From an uncultured Thermoplasmatales archaeon (GTDB lineage: Archaea; Thermoplasmatota; E2; UBA202; DSCA01), in NCBI GenBank assembly GCA_964514975.1, contig CAZESS010000002.1:24958-88957 (forward strand): a DNA stretch of 64,000 nucleotides, read 5' to 3'. A model generated the notes under the pieces. That model was given only the letters and a program-made list of their open reading frames with translations, was not told the origin of the DNA and made no database searches. This document shows positions 1 to 9,336 of this stretch, one piece after another. Positions within the stretch are counted from its first letter, which is position 1; the number at the start of each line of letters is the position of its first letter. Position numbers and translations under genes: made by a program.

Positions 1-1519
1 CTTCATCGGAAATCGAGATTGTTTTGACGGTAAATTCCTTTTTTATTCGCGGGAATACAAGTCCGTAAGTTATCACGACGCGATTATGGCGCAGGCCACG
101 GTTGCGGTGATATGCTTGGTACATTTCGTTATCGAACAGGATTTGTTGCAACCATTCCCCCATGAATATGGGTTCATCGTTGCCCAAATATCCATCCGCG
201 CTGTTCTGATGTATTCTATGTGCATCGCATTTTTTCGCGATTTCGCGGCTGCAAATTTTCTTCTTTATTTCGTCAATTGGTTTGTATAATAATTTCGCCA
301 TATACTCATGAATCACATCTTCGCTGATTGCATATGTTCCCAAAATAACAAGTGCGTCTTTATCGGCGAATTGGTTGCTGCTGCGAAGGTTACCAAAATA
401 TTCGCCGTTTATCAACGAATCATCGACAACCTCTTTATGCCCGATTATACCGATGTTGCCATCGCCAAATATTTGCCTCAAATGCTGCAAATCAGGAACC
501 AACCAATCGTCAATTGAATCACGATGGTAGATAAAACTTCGCCGTGGTCGATAACCTCTTGGTCGTAACCGATAAACATGCGTGTCCTTGTTTTGCCATT
601 TCGATGTGAATATTTGCACATTGACATCGCGGTTGAAACCAATTTCGCCGTTATATGCTTCCAATAAAAAATGAAAAAACTTGCGATGGAACGTTGCATC
701 AAGAAACACGAGCGGCACACCCTCCTTAACAAGGTCAAATGCATTATAATACAATGGCACGTGATATTCACGGTCGTAATCGTCATATCGCCGCGCCCAC
801 CATAAATAGTCCCAAATATTGGGCGCGCTATTGGAGAGCAAATGCTTTATTTCCTTCTCTGATGCATCGTTTTCTATGGCGGTTCTGACCGCTTGCTGAT
901 GATGACCGCTCACCGCTACCTCACCGATATAATACCACGTGGATGAAGTGAAATCGCCGGTTTCCATTGATGCAATATTATGTTCGCTTTCACCAATCGC
1001 GCGCATCCAATCGACAACGGCATCCCTATCGAATTCGAGCGTGTCCATCGCGATCTTATTTTCGTCGAAGAACGCGATTGTAGGATATGGTTCAATATGC
1101 TTTGTTTTTAGATATTCATACGGCGCGAATACGCGCTCTCGCTCATCGAATTGCTGTTTATATCGGCAATTGCTACGATTACATAATTCACATAAAACAC
1201 CAATAGGCAACCCTCGTTCACGCCGTGCATCAACGCCTTCGTTCCATTCGCATTTGCGGCCAAATCCTTCCCAATGCGAATAGTGGTAATCGCTGATACC
1301 CATATCCGCTATTATCTCGTCGATTGTGTCATGACGGTCGGTAAAATAAAACGCATCGGGCTGCGTTTTCATGTATTGCATAACCGCATAGGTTTTGCCG
1401 ATGCCGGGCTGATGCGCCAAAACGGTTATGTCTGCATCCAAATCGTCAAAATCGACATCCTGCGGCTCGCACATTTCTGTTTCCAAAAACGTTATGCCGT
1501 CGCTGCATGTTTCGCGCAT
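1..1519 (-). CDS. P-loop NTPase, putative Fe-S-cluster (Rad3/XPD-like?) helicase, 3'-truncated by window edge
   Basis: Continuous minus-strand frame from ATG at 1519 (in-frame TAG just upstream) to position 1; not in the ORF track because no stop lies in the window. Walker A 'AHQPGIGKTYAV', Walker B-like 'IAFFDENK', and a Cys4 cluster (C-x20-C-x2-C-x4-C) between them. AT-rich codon usage unlike the GC-rich flanks. Confidence 0.55.
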   Translation of the reverse strand, partial: MRETCSDGITFLETEMCEPQDVDFDDLDADITVLAHQPGIGKTYAVMQYMKTQPDAFYFTDRHDTIDEIIADMGISDYHYSHWEGFGRKCEWNEGVDARRERGLPIGVLCELCNRSNCRYKQQFDERERVFAPYEYLKTKHIEPYPTIAFFDENKIAMDTLEFDRDAVVDWMRAIGESEHNIASMETGDFTSSTWYYIGEVAVSGHHQQAVRTAIENDASEKEIKHLLSNSAPNIWDYLWWARRYDDYDREYHVPLYYNAFDLVKEGVPLVFLDATFHRKFFHFLLEAYNGEIGFNRDVNVQIFTSKWQNKDTHVYRLRPRGYRPRRSFIYHRDSIDDWLVPDLQHLRQIFGDGNIGIIGHKEVVDDSLINGEYFGNLRSSNQFADKDALVILGTYAISEDVIHEYMAKLLYKPIDEIKKKICSREIAKKCDAHRIHQNSADGYLGNDEPIFMGEWLQQILFDNEMYQAYHRNRGLRHNRVVITYGLVFPRIKKEFTVKTISISDE

Positions 1520-1595
1520 TGTATCGTGTTGTTGTGCGTAATGTGGTGGCGATACAAATAACTAATCAATCGCACTTTTGGTATAATAAAGAACA

Positions 1596-2009
1596 TCACA
1601 AGGTTCGTGAGAGCAGGAATAACCATAGCGGGATAAACAATAAGGGAAAAACTGTACCCAACCAAAAATTTGCTGCCGCAAGTATGCCCAATCGTGCAAA
1701 TTTTCTATTTTCACGAGATTGTTTGTAATCTTCATCGAGTTTTTCTATTCTACATTTGATATCTTCAATCTCGCCTCGCTGACGATTCGATACGAACCAA
1801 AAAATTGCCGTAATTACTGTGCCAATTACCGCTATAGCAAAAGAAACTCCGTTTTCTCTTAATGAATCAATTCCAAAAGATGAAATATACGACAAAACGA
1901 GCAGTGATTCAGCGACAAGTAATAAATTTATTCGATTCGTAAAGAGGTTGTCAGCATGTAACAAATATCGCCAACGACGTTCTAATAAATTTTCATCATC
2001 ATCTATCAT
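1596..2009 (-). CDS. small integral membrane protein (3-4 predicted TM helices), unknown function
   Basis: ORF-track 137 aa; hydrophobic stretches 'LLLVAESLLVLSYISSF', 'AIAVIGTVITAIFWFV', 'LGILAAANFWLGTVFPLLFIPLWLFLL'; AT-rich; directly upstream (same strand) of the helicase-like gene. Confidence 0.5.
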   Translation of the reverse strand: MIDDDENLLERRWRYLLHADNLFTNRINLLLVAESLLVLSYISSFGIDSLRENGVSFAIAVIGTVITAIFWFVSNRQRGEIEDIKCRIEKLDEDYKQSRENRKFARLGILAAANFWLGTVFPLLFIPLWLFLLSRTL

Positions 2010-2116
2010 GCCATAATTAATGTAAAACGGTAAAAAAACCTATCGCACATATTCATAAAAAATATAATATCAATTACATTCTCAGAAAAATTTCACGCGC
2101 CGCTTACTACGACATC

Positions 2117-2200
2117 GCGTTGTTTCGCTGCGGACAAAAAACAGTATACGAATCACGACAACGACAACGAATCGGCTTGACGCGCATCGTTGGTGTCGTA
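2117..2200. repeat. 84-bp direct repeat, copy A ('gcgttgtttcgctgcgg...gaatcggcttgacgcgc...')
   Basis: About 85% identical to 3410-3493; lies about 155 bp upstream of the ATG at 2355. Confidence 0.7.
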
Positions 2201-2354
2201 TGTGCAGCATACTTTACATTTAAACCATAGGGTGCAAATAGAAATCATACGATAAACGAGTGATTCATATCAAACAGCGCTTAACTTTTTTATTTAAAAA
2301 ACGTAAATCAAAAATACTATAATTTTGATATACGATACACATTATGTGGTTTAG

Positions 2355-3365
2355 ATGCCGGCAAAAAAATTTAACAGAAATCCTTTCAACGAGAAATTAA
2401 TACATAGATTTTTTTTCGAAACTCTTTATTGCGACAAGCAAAATCGCGATTTACTTGTTCCATCAAACATTAAGCAAGATCTAAAAAAACTAAACCTCGT
2501 TGTTCCCGAAGCATCTATTGTCGAAGGCGGATATCGACCGGATTTTAAATTGTATTTTAAGGGTATGGAAAAAACGGTGGCAGTCGAAATAAAGTGGCAC
2601 TCTAAAGATTTAAAAGAAAATCAAAAAGAAGCTCTTATCGGTGACACGGATACAAATGGAAACAGGGGATACGTTCTGAGTTTTGATGACGAAGATATCG
2701 AGGTTGAACATGTACAAATTGACAAAGAATTATTTGAAAATTGGCTTATCAAGCGAGTTAAATCGCTATGGAATGATGCATATTCCTATAAAATCGAAAA
2801 ACAAATTGGTAAACGAACTTGGATTGTTATTTTGAGGGGAAAATCAATACAAAATTTTCAAAAAATGGTCAAACAACATCGCGATAATTTTTGGGCATTC
2901 CAAAATACTCCGTTTATAATGAAAAATTTATTAGAAATAAAGCATAGAGATGAAATCATTTTCTTATTAGTAAAAGCAAGCGGAAATGAAAGACAGGCAT
3001 TACAGCGAGATTCGAGAGAAAAGTTAGATGTGCTCTCATTCTTTGTCGGCAACATAAAAGAACCTTATGTTATGTATCTGAAAGGCCCTAAAGCAACGTT
3101 TTTTGAGGGCAGGGACGACTTATCGGTCAACAACAGGAAATGGCCTCATTTTATTGAATTTACAGAGGAAGCATATATGAAATTCGAACAAAACGCCTGC
3201 ATAAATAGGAACAACTTTTCAAAATCCCTCAGGAAAAAAATTGCCGATTCATGTAACAAAAAAGGAAAAGGAATTCCAATATTACTTGATGATATTGAAG
3301 CAAACGAACTTAAATCTGAACTTAGACTCGAGTGTAATCGCCTTAATAAGGTAGTTGCAATATAA
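2355..3365 (+). CDS. PD-(D/E)xK (restriction-endonuclease/Hjc/NucS-like) nuclease domain protein with uncharacterised about 200-aa C-terminal domain
   Basis: N-terminal 'EASIVEGGYRPDFKLYF...VAVEIKW' fits the E...PD...(E/V)EIK nuclease signature; 336 aa; AT-rich; bracketed by the 84-bp direct repeats. Confidence 0.5.
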   Translation: MPAKKFNRNPFNEKLIHRFFFETLYCDKQNRDLLVPSNIKQDLKKLNLVVPEASIVEGGYRPDFKLYFKGMEKTVAVEIKWHSKDLKENQKEALIGDTDTNGNRGYVLSFDDEDIEVEHVQIDKELFENWLIKRVKSLWNDAYSYKIEKQIGKRTWIVILRGKSIQNFQKMVKQHRDNFWAFQNTPFIMKNLLEIKHRDEIIFLLVKASGNERQALQRDSREKLDVLSFFVGNIKEPYVMYLKGPKATFFEGRDDLSVNNRKWPHFIEFTEEAYMKFEQNACINRNNFSKSLRKKIADSCNKKGKGIPILLDDIEANELKSELRLECNRLNKVVAI

Positions 3366-3409
3366 CCTGCATACCAAAAAATTTTTTCCGAGTTACTTGC
3401 TTAGATACT

Positions 3410-3493
3410 GCGTTGTTTCGCTGCGGATGAAAAACATTATACGAATCGCGACTTCGACGGCGAATCGGCTTGACGCGCGTCGATAGTGTCGTT
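3410..3493. repeat. 84-bp direct repeat, copy B
   Basis: About 85% identity to 2117-2200; about 153 bp upstream of the RHH gene ATG at 3646. Confidence 0.7.
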
Positions 3494-3645
3494 AGTAGGC
3501 GATAGTTGCCACCAAAACCATGGGTTTGTATGTCGAATTCTACGCGGTTCACGCGGTTTCGTAAGTCGTTGGCATCGTACGCCACATACACGTTCCATAC
3601 AGCGCCGAAGAATTGCTTTTTTATGTGCATAAAGAATCGAGAATC

Positions 3646-3957
3646 ATGGCATCGAAAAAAACCCGTACCACGATTTCGATACCGCGCGATCTGCGCGACG
3701 CGGCGAAGGAAGAGGGCATCAACATATCGCGATTTGTAACCGAGCGATTACGCGAATTTTTCGCAGAAAGACAAATTTTCTCCGGAGCCAGTTACTCGGG
3801 TTCAAATCCCGATATGCCCGTTTGCCGCGACCATAGGGGCCATGGCGGCACTGGAAAGGCAGATAGAGATGGTACAAAAGGATGTGGAGGTTCGGAAGGC
3901 GTACCTCTATCTGCCCCCCGTGTATATCAACCGTACGAGCTATTTAATCATTGTTAA
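3646..3957 (+). CDS. ribbon-helix-helix (CopG/Arc/MetJ-type) DNA-binding protein with low-complexity C-terminal tail
   Basis: 'MASKKTRTTISIPRDLRDAAKEEGINISRFVTERLREFF' has the beta-strand/helix/helix RHH pattern; downstream tail is Gly/Ser/Arg-rich. Confidence 0.55.
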   Translation: MASKKTRTTISIPRDLRDAAKEEGINISRFVTERLREFFAERQIFSGASYSGSNPDMPVCRDHRGHGGTGKADRDGTKGCGGSEGVPLSAPRVYQPYELFNHC

Positions 3958-4164
3958 CATCTGGGCTATGACCATGGATTGCTCGCGGTGTCGTCATCCA
4001 GAAGGCCGATGCCATGGCGAACGAGCAATAATGGCCCGCAGCGCCGGGAAACGTTTATATATGAGTGTGTCTTACGCCCCACCGGGGAAGGGTGAACGCC
4101 TCCACCCTCTTTTTGTGCCTCCCCCTTCCCCATGCCTCCCTTTTTAGCCAGTGACAGGCACGAT

Positions 4165-5481
4165 TTACAACCCGGCATTGTAGCTGACATAGATGTCAGC
4201 CTCGAGCATCTCCATGTCATCGCTGTAAAAATGGTGGACGAAATAGATGTTTCCCTGCCCGTCGAGGCATGGCTCACCAGCGAAGTTTGAGATGATTTCC
4301 TCCGGCTGGCTCCATCCACCACCGGTTTTAACCGAACGATATATGGCCGGACCCGGATAGCCCATCCCGCTGGAGCGGGTGAACCAGAGCTCGGAGCCGT
4401 CCGCCGACACCCATGGCCGGGAATCCTGAGAGGGCGTGTTCACCGGAGCGCCGAGATTGACGGGCTCCGTCCAGGCGCCGTTGACCAGTTCCGTAGTCCA
4501 GATATCAAGGCCGCCGTGGCCGCCCTCGCTGCGGTGAAAGTACATGGTTGTCCCGTCGGCCGTCAGATGCATCTCCCCGACGTTGTATTCCTCGTTGAGC
4601 AGCCGCCCGGCATTCTCCCAGTGCAGCCACGCGTCGCCCGTCCGCATGGCGGTCCACAGGTCGCCGTCGCTCCGGTAGTTACCCGCACGGAACGAGGCAA
4701 ACCACAACGTGTCATCAAGGACGAAGGGGGCGCCGTCGAGCGCCAGGTCGTCGTTGAGGACGACGCGCTCCGGCTCGGTCCATCCGTTGGCCGTCCGTTC
4801 GGCGCACCATATTCCGGTGACGCCGTCGGTGACCTGCTCGCTGGCGGGCACGTCCACATCCGGGGTAAAAAAGAAGTATAACGCATTTACATCCGGGGTC
4901 ACAAAGCCGGCATCCTCCGCCCCTGCGGTGTTGACCGACCCGGGCATGGGCACCGGCTGCCGCCATCTGTCATCGTGCACCACGGGCGGAAAACGGTCAT
5001 TGCCGGGAGTGCCTTTGACCGCATCCGGCGGAATGGCTTCCTCGCGTTCCTGCACCATGTCGACGCCGAAGGTGAACGGGCCGAACATCTGGCAGATGCC
5101 ATGGCGGACGTCGCCGCCGGCCTGCACCATGAGCTCCGCCGGGCCGAGACCCAGGAAAAACGTGCTCTGCACCACGGTTTGTTCGCCTGCCGGCACCGTC
5201 GGGATGGTGCCGCTAGCATACCCGGATGGCCATAGGGATCCCTGCACGTCGATGGTCCACGGGACATCGCTGGCATCGGCGGGCCCCTCGTTTGCAATGG
5301 TCACCATTACGCCAACGCCCACGTTGACTGCCTCGATGACAACGACCGTGTCATTGTCCGCCGGGCTTTCCATGCACCCACTCAACACGGGCAACGGCGT
5401 CACCGTCGCTCCGAGCAAAACGGCGACCATGGCGCTTCCCCACATCCGATGGCGCAGCACGCGCTCCCAACCCTGGTTCAT
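4165..5481 (-). CDS. secreted/lipoprotein beta-propeller protein (TolB/PD40-like WTEP repeats)
   Basis: Signal peptide with 'LSGC' lipobox-like motif; repeated 'AWTEP'/'GWTEP'/'GGWSQP' blades; 438 aa. Confidence 0.5.
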   Translation of the reverse strand: MNQGWERVLRHRMWGSAMVAVLLGATVTPLPVLSGCMESPADNDTVVVIEAVNVGVGVMVTIANEGPADASDVPWTIDVQGSLWPSGYASGTIPTVPAGEQTVVQSTFFLGLGPAELMVQAGGDVRHGICQMFGPFTFGVDMVQEREEAIPPDAVKGTPGNDRFPPVVHDDRWRQPVPMPGSVNTAGAEDAGFVTPDVNALYFFFTPDVDVPASEQVTDGVTGIWCAERTANGWTEPERVVLNDDLALDGAPFVLDDTLWFASFRAGNYRSDGDLWTAMRTGDAWLHWENAGRLLNEEYNVGEMHLTADGTTMYFHRSEGGHGGLDIWTTELVNGAWTEPVNLGAPVNTPSQDSRPWVSADGSELWFTRSSGMGYPGPAIYRSVKTGGGWSQPEEIISNFAGEPCLDGQGNIYFVHHFYSDDMEMLEADIYVSYNAGL

Positions 5482-5545
5482 CGTCGAGATAACTGACCGG
5501 CGTTAATAAATGCACCGAAATCATCGGCTGAGCAAACGCGAGGGG

Positions 5546-6127
5546 CTAGCTGCTTGTGGACGCCCAGGCGTACAGGGTCAGCCCCGCGTAGCCGGTGCTG
5601 GAGAACGAAAAGACGCCGCTCCATCCGATGACGCCCACGAATCCTGCGGCCAGGACCCTGTGCGGCCCGTCATAGGAGGTTATGCCGTCGCCGCCGGTGA
5701 GCGATGTAACCGTCGTTGACGCCTCATCGTCCGAGTAGCTGCAGAAGATGATCGAGGGCAGCAGGTTGAACGACAGACGCATCAACGGTATCTCGAGCAG
5801 CGCCGGGGGAAGCGCCATATGGAACCCGTCGCCTCCCGAGACGATGAGGGAGAGCCCGAGCTGCTGTTCCATCATCTGCTGGAACCGGGCGTCCTCCCTG
5901 AGCAGCCTGGTGCAGCGCTCGGCGATGGCCGATGACAGCTCTTCGCCCGCTGCGACATGCACCGTTTGCCTGACATGTTCTACCCTGCCGTCGGGCAGAC
6001 ATCTGGCGAAGGTCACCGTCCGCTCGGTGCCGTCCTCCATGTCGGCTTCCGGTGCGCCCTCGATGAGGGGGGCGACCATGAAAACAAGGCATGCCGCCAC
6101 AGCCAGCGACAGTGTTTTTTTATACAT
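5546..6127 (-). CDS. secreted hypothetical protein
   Basis: N-terminal signal peptide 'MYKKTLSLAVAACLVFMVAPLIEGA'; no recognised motif. Confidence 0.35.
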   Translation of the reverse strand: MYKKTLSLAVAACLVFMVAPLIEGAPEADMEDGTERTVTFARCLPDGRVEHVRQTVHVAAGEELSSAIAERCTRLLREDARFQQMMEQQLGLSLIVSGGDGFHMALPPALLEIPLMRLSFNLLPSIIFCSYSDDEASTTVTSLTGGDGITSYDGPHRVLAAGFVGVIGWSGVFSFSSTGYAGLTLYAWASTSS

Positions 6128-6231
6128 CTATAGCCTCCATAGGGGTAGCACGTACAGCATATTTATAGCTATCGAACACCGGCGCATACATTTAAATGCG
6201 GATACCGGTTTAAACCATGGGAGGTAACATC

Positions 6232-6981
6232 ATGCACATATATTCTGGAAGGAAAGGACTGGCGGTGGCAGCCGTCGCCCTCTTTGTAGGGCTGACACTG
6301 GCGCCGGCTGGCGGCCTGACGGAGGCACCTGCAAGCGGGAATACATCCATGCAGGACAGAGGGTCATGCCGGATGGATGGAGCGCAGGACATGCTGACGG
6401 TGACGGTCGAGGAGCACCGGCCCGATGGAACAATGGGGACATGGACGGTATCCTGCATCGGCGCCGACGTCGAACGGATGACCCGGGAGCTCCAGATAGC
6501 ATCGAGCACCCATGAGACATTCCAGGTGCTGGCGGCCCATGGTCTCATCCAGGCCGATGGCAGCCATGAGATGCTCGCGGCCATATGGGAACAGACGGGC
6601 ATGACCGCGGACGTGCAGGATATCTGGCTGCCGCCGCTGGCAGTCATGTTTTTCAGCGAGGTCAGCATGACCTACCGAGGGGGTGGCACCATGCGGCTGG
6701 GGATGACGCCGTTTCTCCGGCTCATCAACCGGTATCTGAAAACCGACCTGCAGCGGGGCATCGACCTCGTCGACGTCTGCTGGGGGCTCCGCGGCAGCCT
6801 GCACACCCGGGGACTGCTCGGTGAACATCACCTGACATTGCGGCCCGGCATGAGCTCCATGACCGGGTTCATCGGATACGGCGTGCACATACCACTGCTG
6901 CGGCACTCGTTTTACGGCGCCGCGGTGATGACCGTCACCGCCGGCCTGGGTGAGCACGACTTCGACCCCTGGTTCCCATAG
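6232..6981 (+). CDS. secreted hypothetical protein
   Basis: Signal peptide 'MHIYSGRKGLAVAAVALFVGLTLAPAGG'; ORF-track frame 6217-6981, start moved to the M preceding the signal peptide. Confidence 0.35.
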   Translation: MHIYSGRKGLAVAAVALFVGLTLAPAGGLTEAPASGNTSMQDRGSCRMDGAQDMLTVTVEEHRPDGTMGTWTVSCIGADVERMTRELQIASSTHETFQVLAAHGLIQADGSHEMLAAIWEQTGMTADVQDIWLPPLAVMFFSEVSMTYRGGGTMRLGMTPFLRLINRYLKTDLQRGIDLVDVCWGLRGSLHTRGLLGEHHLTLRPGMSSMTGFIGYGVHIPLLRHSFYGAAVMTVTAGLGEHDFDPWFP

Positions 6982-7028
6982 GGGAACCATTTTTTCTTTT
7001 TTTTTTGATTACATGGGCTGAAACGCTC
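6982..7028. terminator. T-rich tract between convergent genes (archaeal oligo-T terminator)
   Basis: 'ttttttctttttttttt' between the 3' ends of 6232-6981(+) and yjbQ(-). Confidence 0.4.
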
Positions 7029-7427
7029 CTATTCGCGGGGGATGATGTCGACGAGCAGGCGCCTGGTCCGGGGGCCGTCGCCCTCGTAGAAAAAGATGCG
7101 CTGCCATGTGCCCAGCTTCAGGGCTCCATCGATGATGATGACCTGGGTGGTACAGCCGATGAGCGATGACGTGATGTGGGCGTCGCTGTTGCCCTCGGCG
7201 TGCTCGTAGCCGCCGTCATGGGGGACGAGGCGCTGCAGCGCTGTGAGGATGTCCCGCTGGACGGCGGGGTCGGCGCCCTCGTTGATGGTGACCCCGGCCG
7301 TCGTATGGGGGACGTAGAGGACGGCGAGGCCGTCTGAGATGCCGGACTGTTCCACCAGCTTGGTTACCCGGTCGGTGACGTCGATGAGCTCCCGGCGCTG
7401 CTGCGAGCGGAGCGTTATCTCGTGCAT
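7029..7427 (-). CDS. yjbQ: YjbQ/UPF0047 family protein (secondary thiamine-phosphate synthase-like)
   Basis: 'MHEITLRSQQRRELIDVTDRV...LAVLYVPHTTAGVTINEGADPAVQRDI...HAEGNSDAHITSSLIG' is the characteristic family pattern. Confidence 0.7.
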   Translation of the reverse strand: MHEITLRSQQRRELIDVTDRVTKLVEQSGISDGLAVLYVPHTTAGVTINEGADPAVQRDILTALQRLVPHDGGYEHAEGNSDAHITSSLIGCTTQVIIIDGALKLGTWQRIFFYEGDGPRTRRLLVDIIPRE

Positions 7428-7540
7428 GCTGTAGCATCGTGGCAGGGCATAAAAATGTGGGGCTGCCGGCAGCGCATATCGGCGGATTGCGGGCGCAACG
7501 TTCTTAACTATGGTGGCTATTTGCATTGGCGAGGAATACC

Positions 7541-8803
7541 ATGGGAAAAACCTGCGCTGAAAAAATATTGAGCAAGCATGCCGGCCGGGATGCCTCGGCG
7601 GGCGAGATCGTGACGATTCAACCGGACCATCTTTTGACGCATGACAACACGGCGCCCATCACCGCCAAGATAGAGGATGAACTGGAGAGGTACGGTGTCG
7701 CTGACCCCGACATGCCGGTCATCGTGCTCGACCATGTCGTGCCTGCGGCCAACGAGAAAACGGCGACGAACCATCAAAAGATACGGGCGTTCGTCCAGAG
7801 GCACAACATCCAGCATTTTTATGATGCCGGGACAGGCATCTGCCATCAGGTCGTCGTCGAAAAGGGGCTGGCGCTGCCCGGCGGGGTGGCACTGGGCTCG
7901 GACTCGCATACCTGCTCCTATGGCGCCGTGAACTGTTTTTCGGCGGGCATCGACCGGACGGAGGCTGCAGCGTTGATGCTCACCGGGGAGACCTGGCTGA
8001 AGGTCCCCGAGAGCGTGAAGATGACGCTTCGCGGGAAGCTGCAGCGCGGGGTCACCGCCAAGGACCTCATCTTGCACATCATCGGTGACGTGTCGGCGTC
8101 GGGCTGCTCCTACAAAACCGTCGAGTTCCACGGCGACGTCGCTTCGTTGAGCATATCGGAACGGTTCACGATGGCGAACATGGGCGTCGAGATGGACAGC
8201 AAGGGCGCCATGTTTCCCTGCGATACTGTCACGGAGACATATCTCAAGGAGCACGGCGTCGCCCGTGACGCCTATGAGCCGGTGTGGGCTGACAGCGATG
8301 CCTGCTATGCCTCCGAGCATTCCTATGACGTGGACGACATCGTGCCGATGATTGCGGCGCCGCACCGCGTGGACAACGTCAAACCGGCGGCGGATCTCTC
8401 CGGGATGGACATCCATCAATGCTACCTGGGGACCTGCACCAACGGCCGCCATGTGGACCTGCGGGCTGCGGCGGAGCTCCTGAACGGCGAGGTCGTTGCG
8501 AACAACGTCCGCCTGGTGGTGGCGGCGGCATCGCGCGCCGAGCTGAGCAGGGCCATCCATGACGGCACCATCGACATCCTCAACGAGGCGGGCGCAATGA
8601 TTTTGCCGCCGGGCTGCGGCCCCTGCCTGGGGGCGCATCAGGGCGTGCTGGCTCCCGGCGAGCGATGTCTGTCGACGGCCAACCGGAACTTCAAGGGACG
8701 GATGGGCTGCAAGGATGCAGAAATCTACCTCGCCAGCCCATTGACCGTGGCTGCCAGCGCGATCCATGGCGAGATTACCGACCCGCGGGAGGTGACCCAA
8801 TGA
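7541..8803 (+). CDS. leuC: 3-isopropylmalate/homoaconitate dehydratase large subunit (aconitase family)
   Basis: Aconitase-family motifs 'GICHQVVVEKG', 'LGSDSHTCSYGA', 'PPGCGPCLGAHQGVL', 'STANRNFKGRMG'. Confidence 0.85.
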   Translation: MGKTCAEKILSKHAGRDASAGEIVTIQPDHLLTHDNTAPITAKIEDELERYGVADPDMPVIVLDHVVPAANEKTATNHQKIRAFVQRHNIQHFYDAGTGICHQVVVEKGLALPGGVALGSDSHTCSYGAVNCFSAGIDRTEAAALMLTGETWLKVPESVKMTLRGKLQRGVTAKDLILHIIGDVSASGCSYKTVEFHGDVASLSISERFTMANMGVEMDSKGAMFPCDTVTETYLKEHGVARDAYEPVWADSDACYASEHSYDVDDIVPMIAAPHRVDNVKPAADLSGMDIHQCYLGTCTNGRHVDLRAAAELLNGEVVANNVRLVVAAASRAELSRAIHDGTIDILNEAGAMILPPGCGPCLGAHQGVLAPGERCLSTANRNFKGRMGCKDAEIYLASPLTVAASAIHGEITDPREVTQ

Positions 8804-9291
8804 CGATATGGTGCTACGGCGACGACGTCAACACCGACCAGCTGTTCCCGGGCAAGTACACCTACACCTGTAGTACGCCCGAGGAGATCAGGCCGCATCT
8901 GCTGGAGGACCTGGATCCGGATTTCGCAGATGGGGTTGAAGAGGGTGATATCATCCTGGCCGGCGACAACTTTGGCTGCGGCAGCAGCCGCGAGCAGCCG
9001 GTCGTTGGATTAAAAGCCGTCGGGATACGGGCCATCGTGGCGAAGAGCTTCGCCCGTATTTTTTACCGGGCCGGGCTCAACCAGGGGCTCATCCTGGTGG
9101 AATGCCCCAAAGCGGTTGACGCCTATGAGGAGGGCGACGACGTCGAGGTGGATGTGGAGAACGGGACGGTGGCCGTCGGCGGCGAGACGTTCAGCTTTCC
9201 GCCGCTGCCCGACCGTATCCTGGCTATCCGCGAGGCGGGCGGCCTGCTGCCCTACACGCGGCAGGTTCTGAAAGGGGAAACGGAACGATAA
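8800..9291 (+). CDS. leuD: 3-isopropylmalate/homoaconitate dehydratase small subunit
   Basis: 'GDDVNTDQLFPGKY', 'GDNFGCGSSREQP'; ATGA overlap with leuC stop. Confidence 0.85.
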   Translation: MTIWCYGDDVNTDQLFPGKYTYTCSTPEEIRPHLLEDLDPDFADGVEEGDIILAGDNFGCGSSREQPVVGLKAVGIRAIVAKSFARIFYRAGLNQGLILVECPKAVDAYEEGDDVEVDVENGTVAVGGETFSFPPLPDRILAIREAGGLLPYTRQVLKGETER

Positions 9292-9336
9292 TCGTTTCCT
9301 TTTTTTCTTTCCATCGGTGCCGTTTCTGGTGCTGGT

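Noticed and set aside
3343-3630. 95-aa minus-strand ORF covering repeat copy B and the nuclease gene 3' end
   Set aside because: Overlaps a better-supported plus-strand gene. Its only 'conserved' part is the repeat itself, whose conservation is explained at nucleotide level.
4709-5506. 265-aa plus-strand ORF (and several other 80-130-aa ORFs) overlapping the beta-propeller lipoprotein gene
   Set aside because: Low-complexity Ser/Thr/Ala/Arg-rich translations typical of antisense/out-of-frame reading of GC-rich DNA; the minus-strand gene has clear signal peptide and repeat structure.
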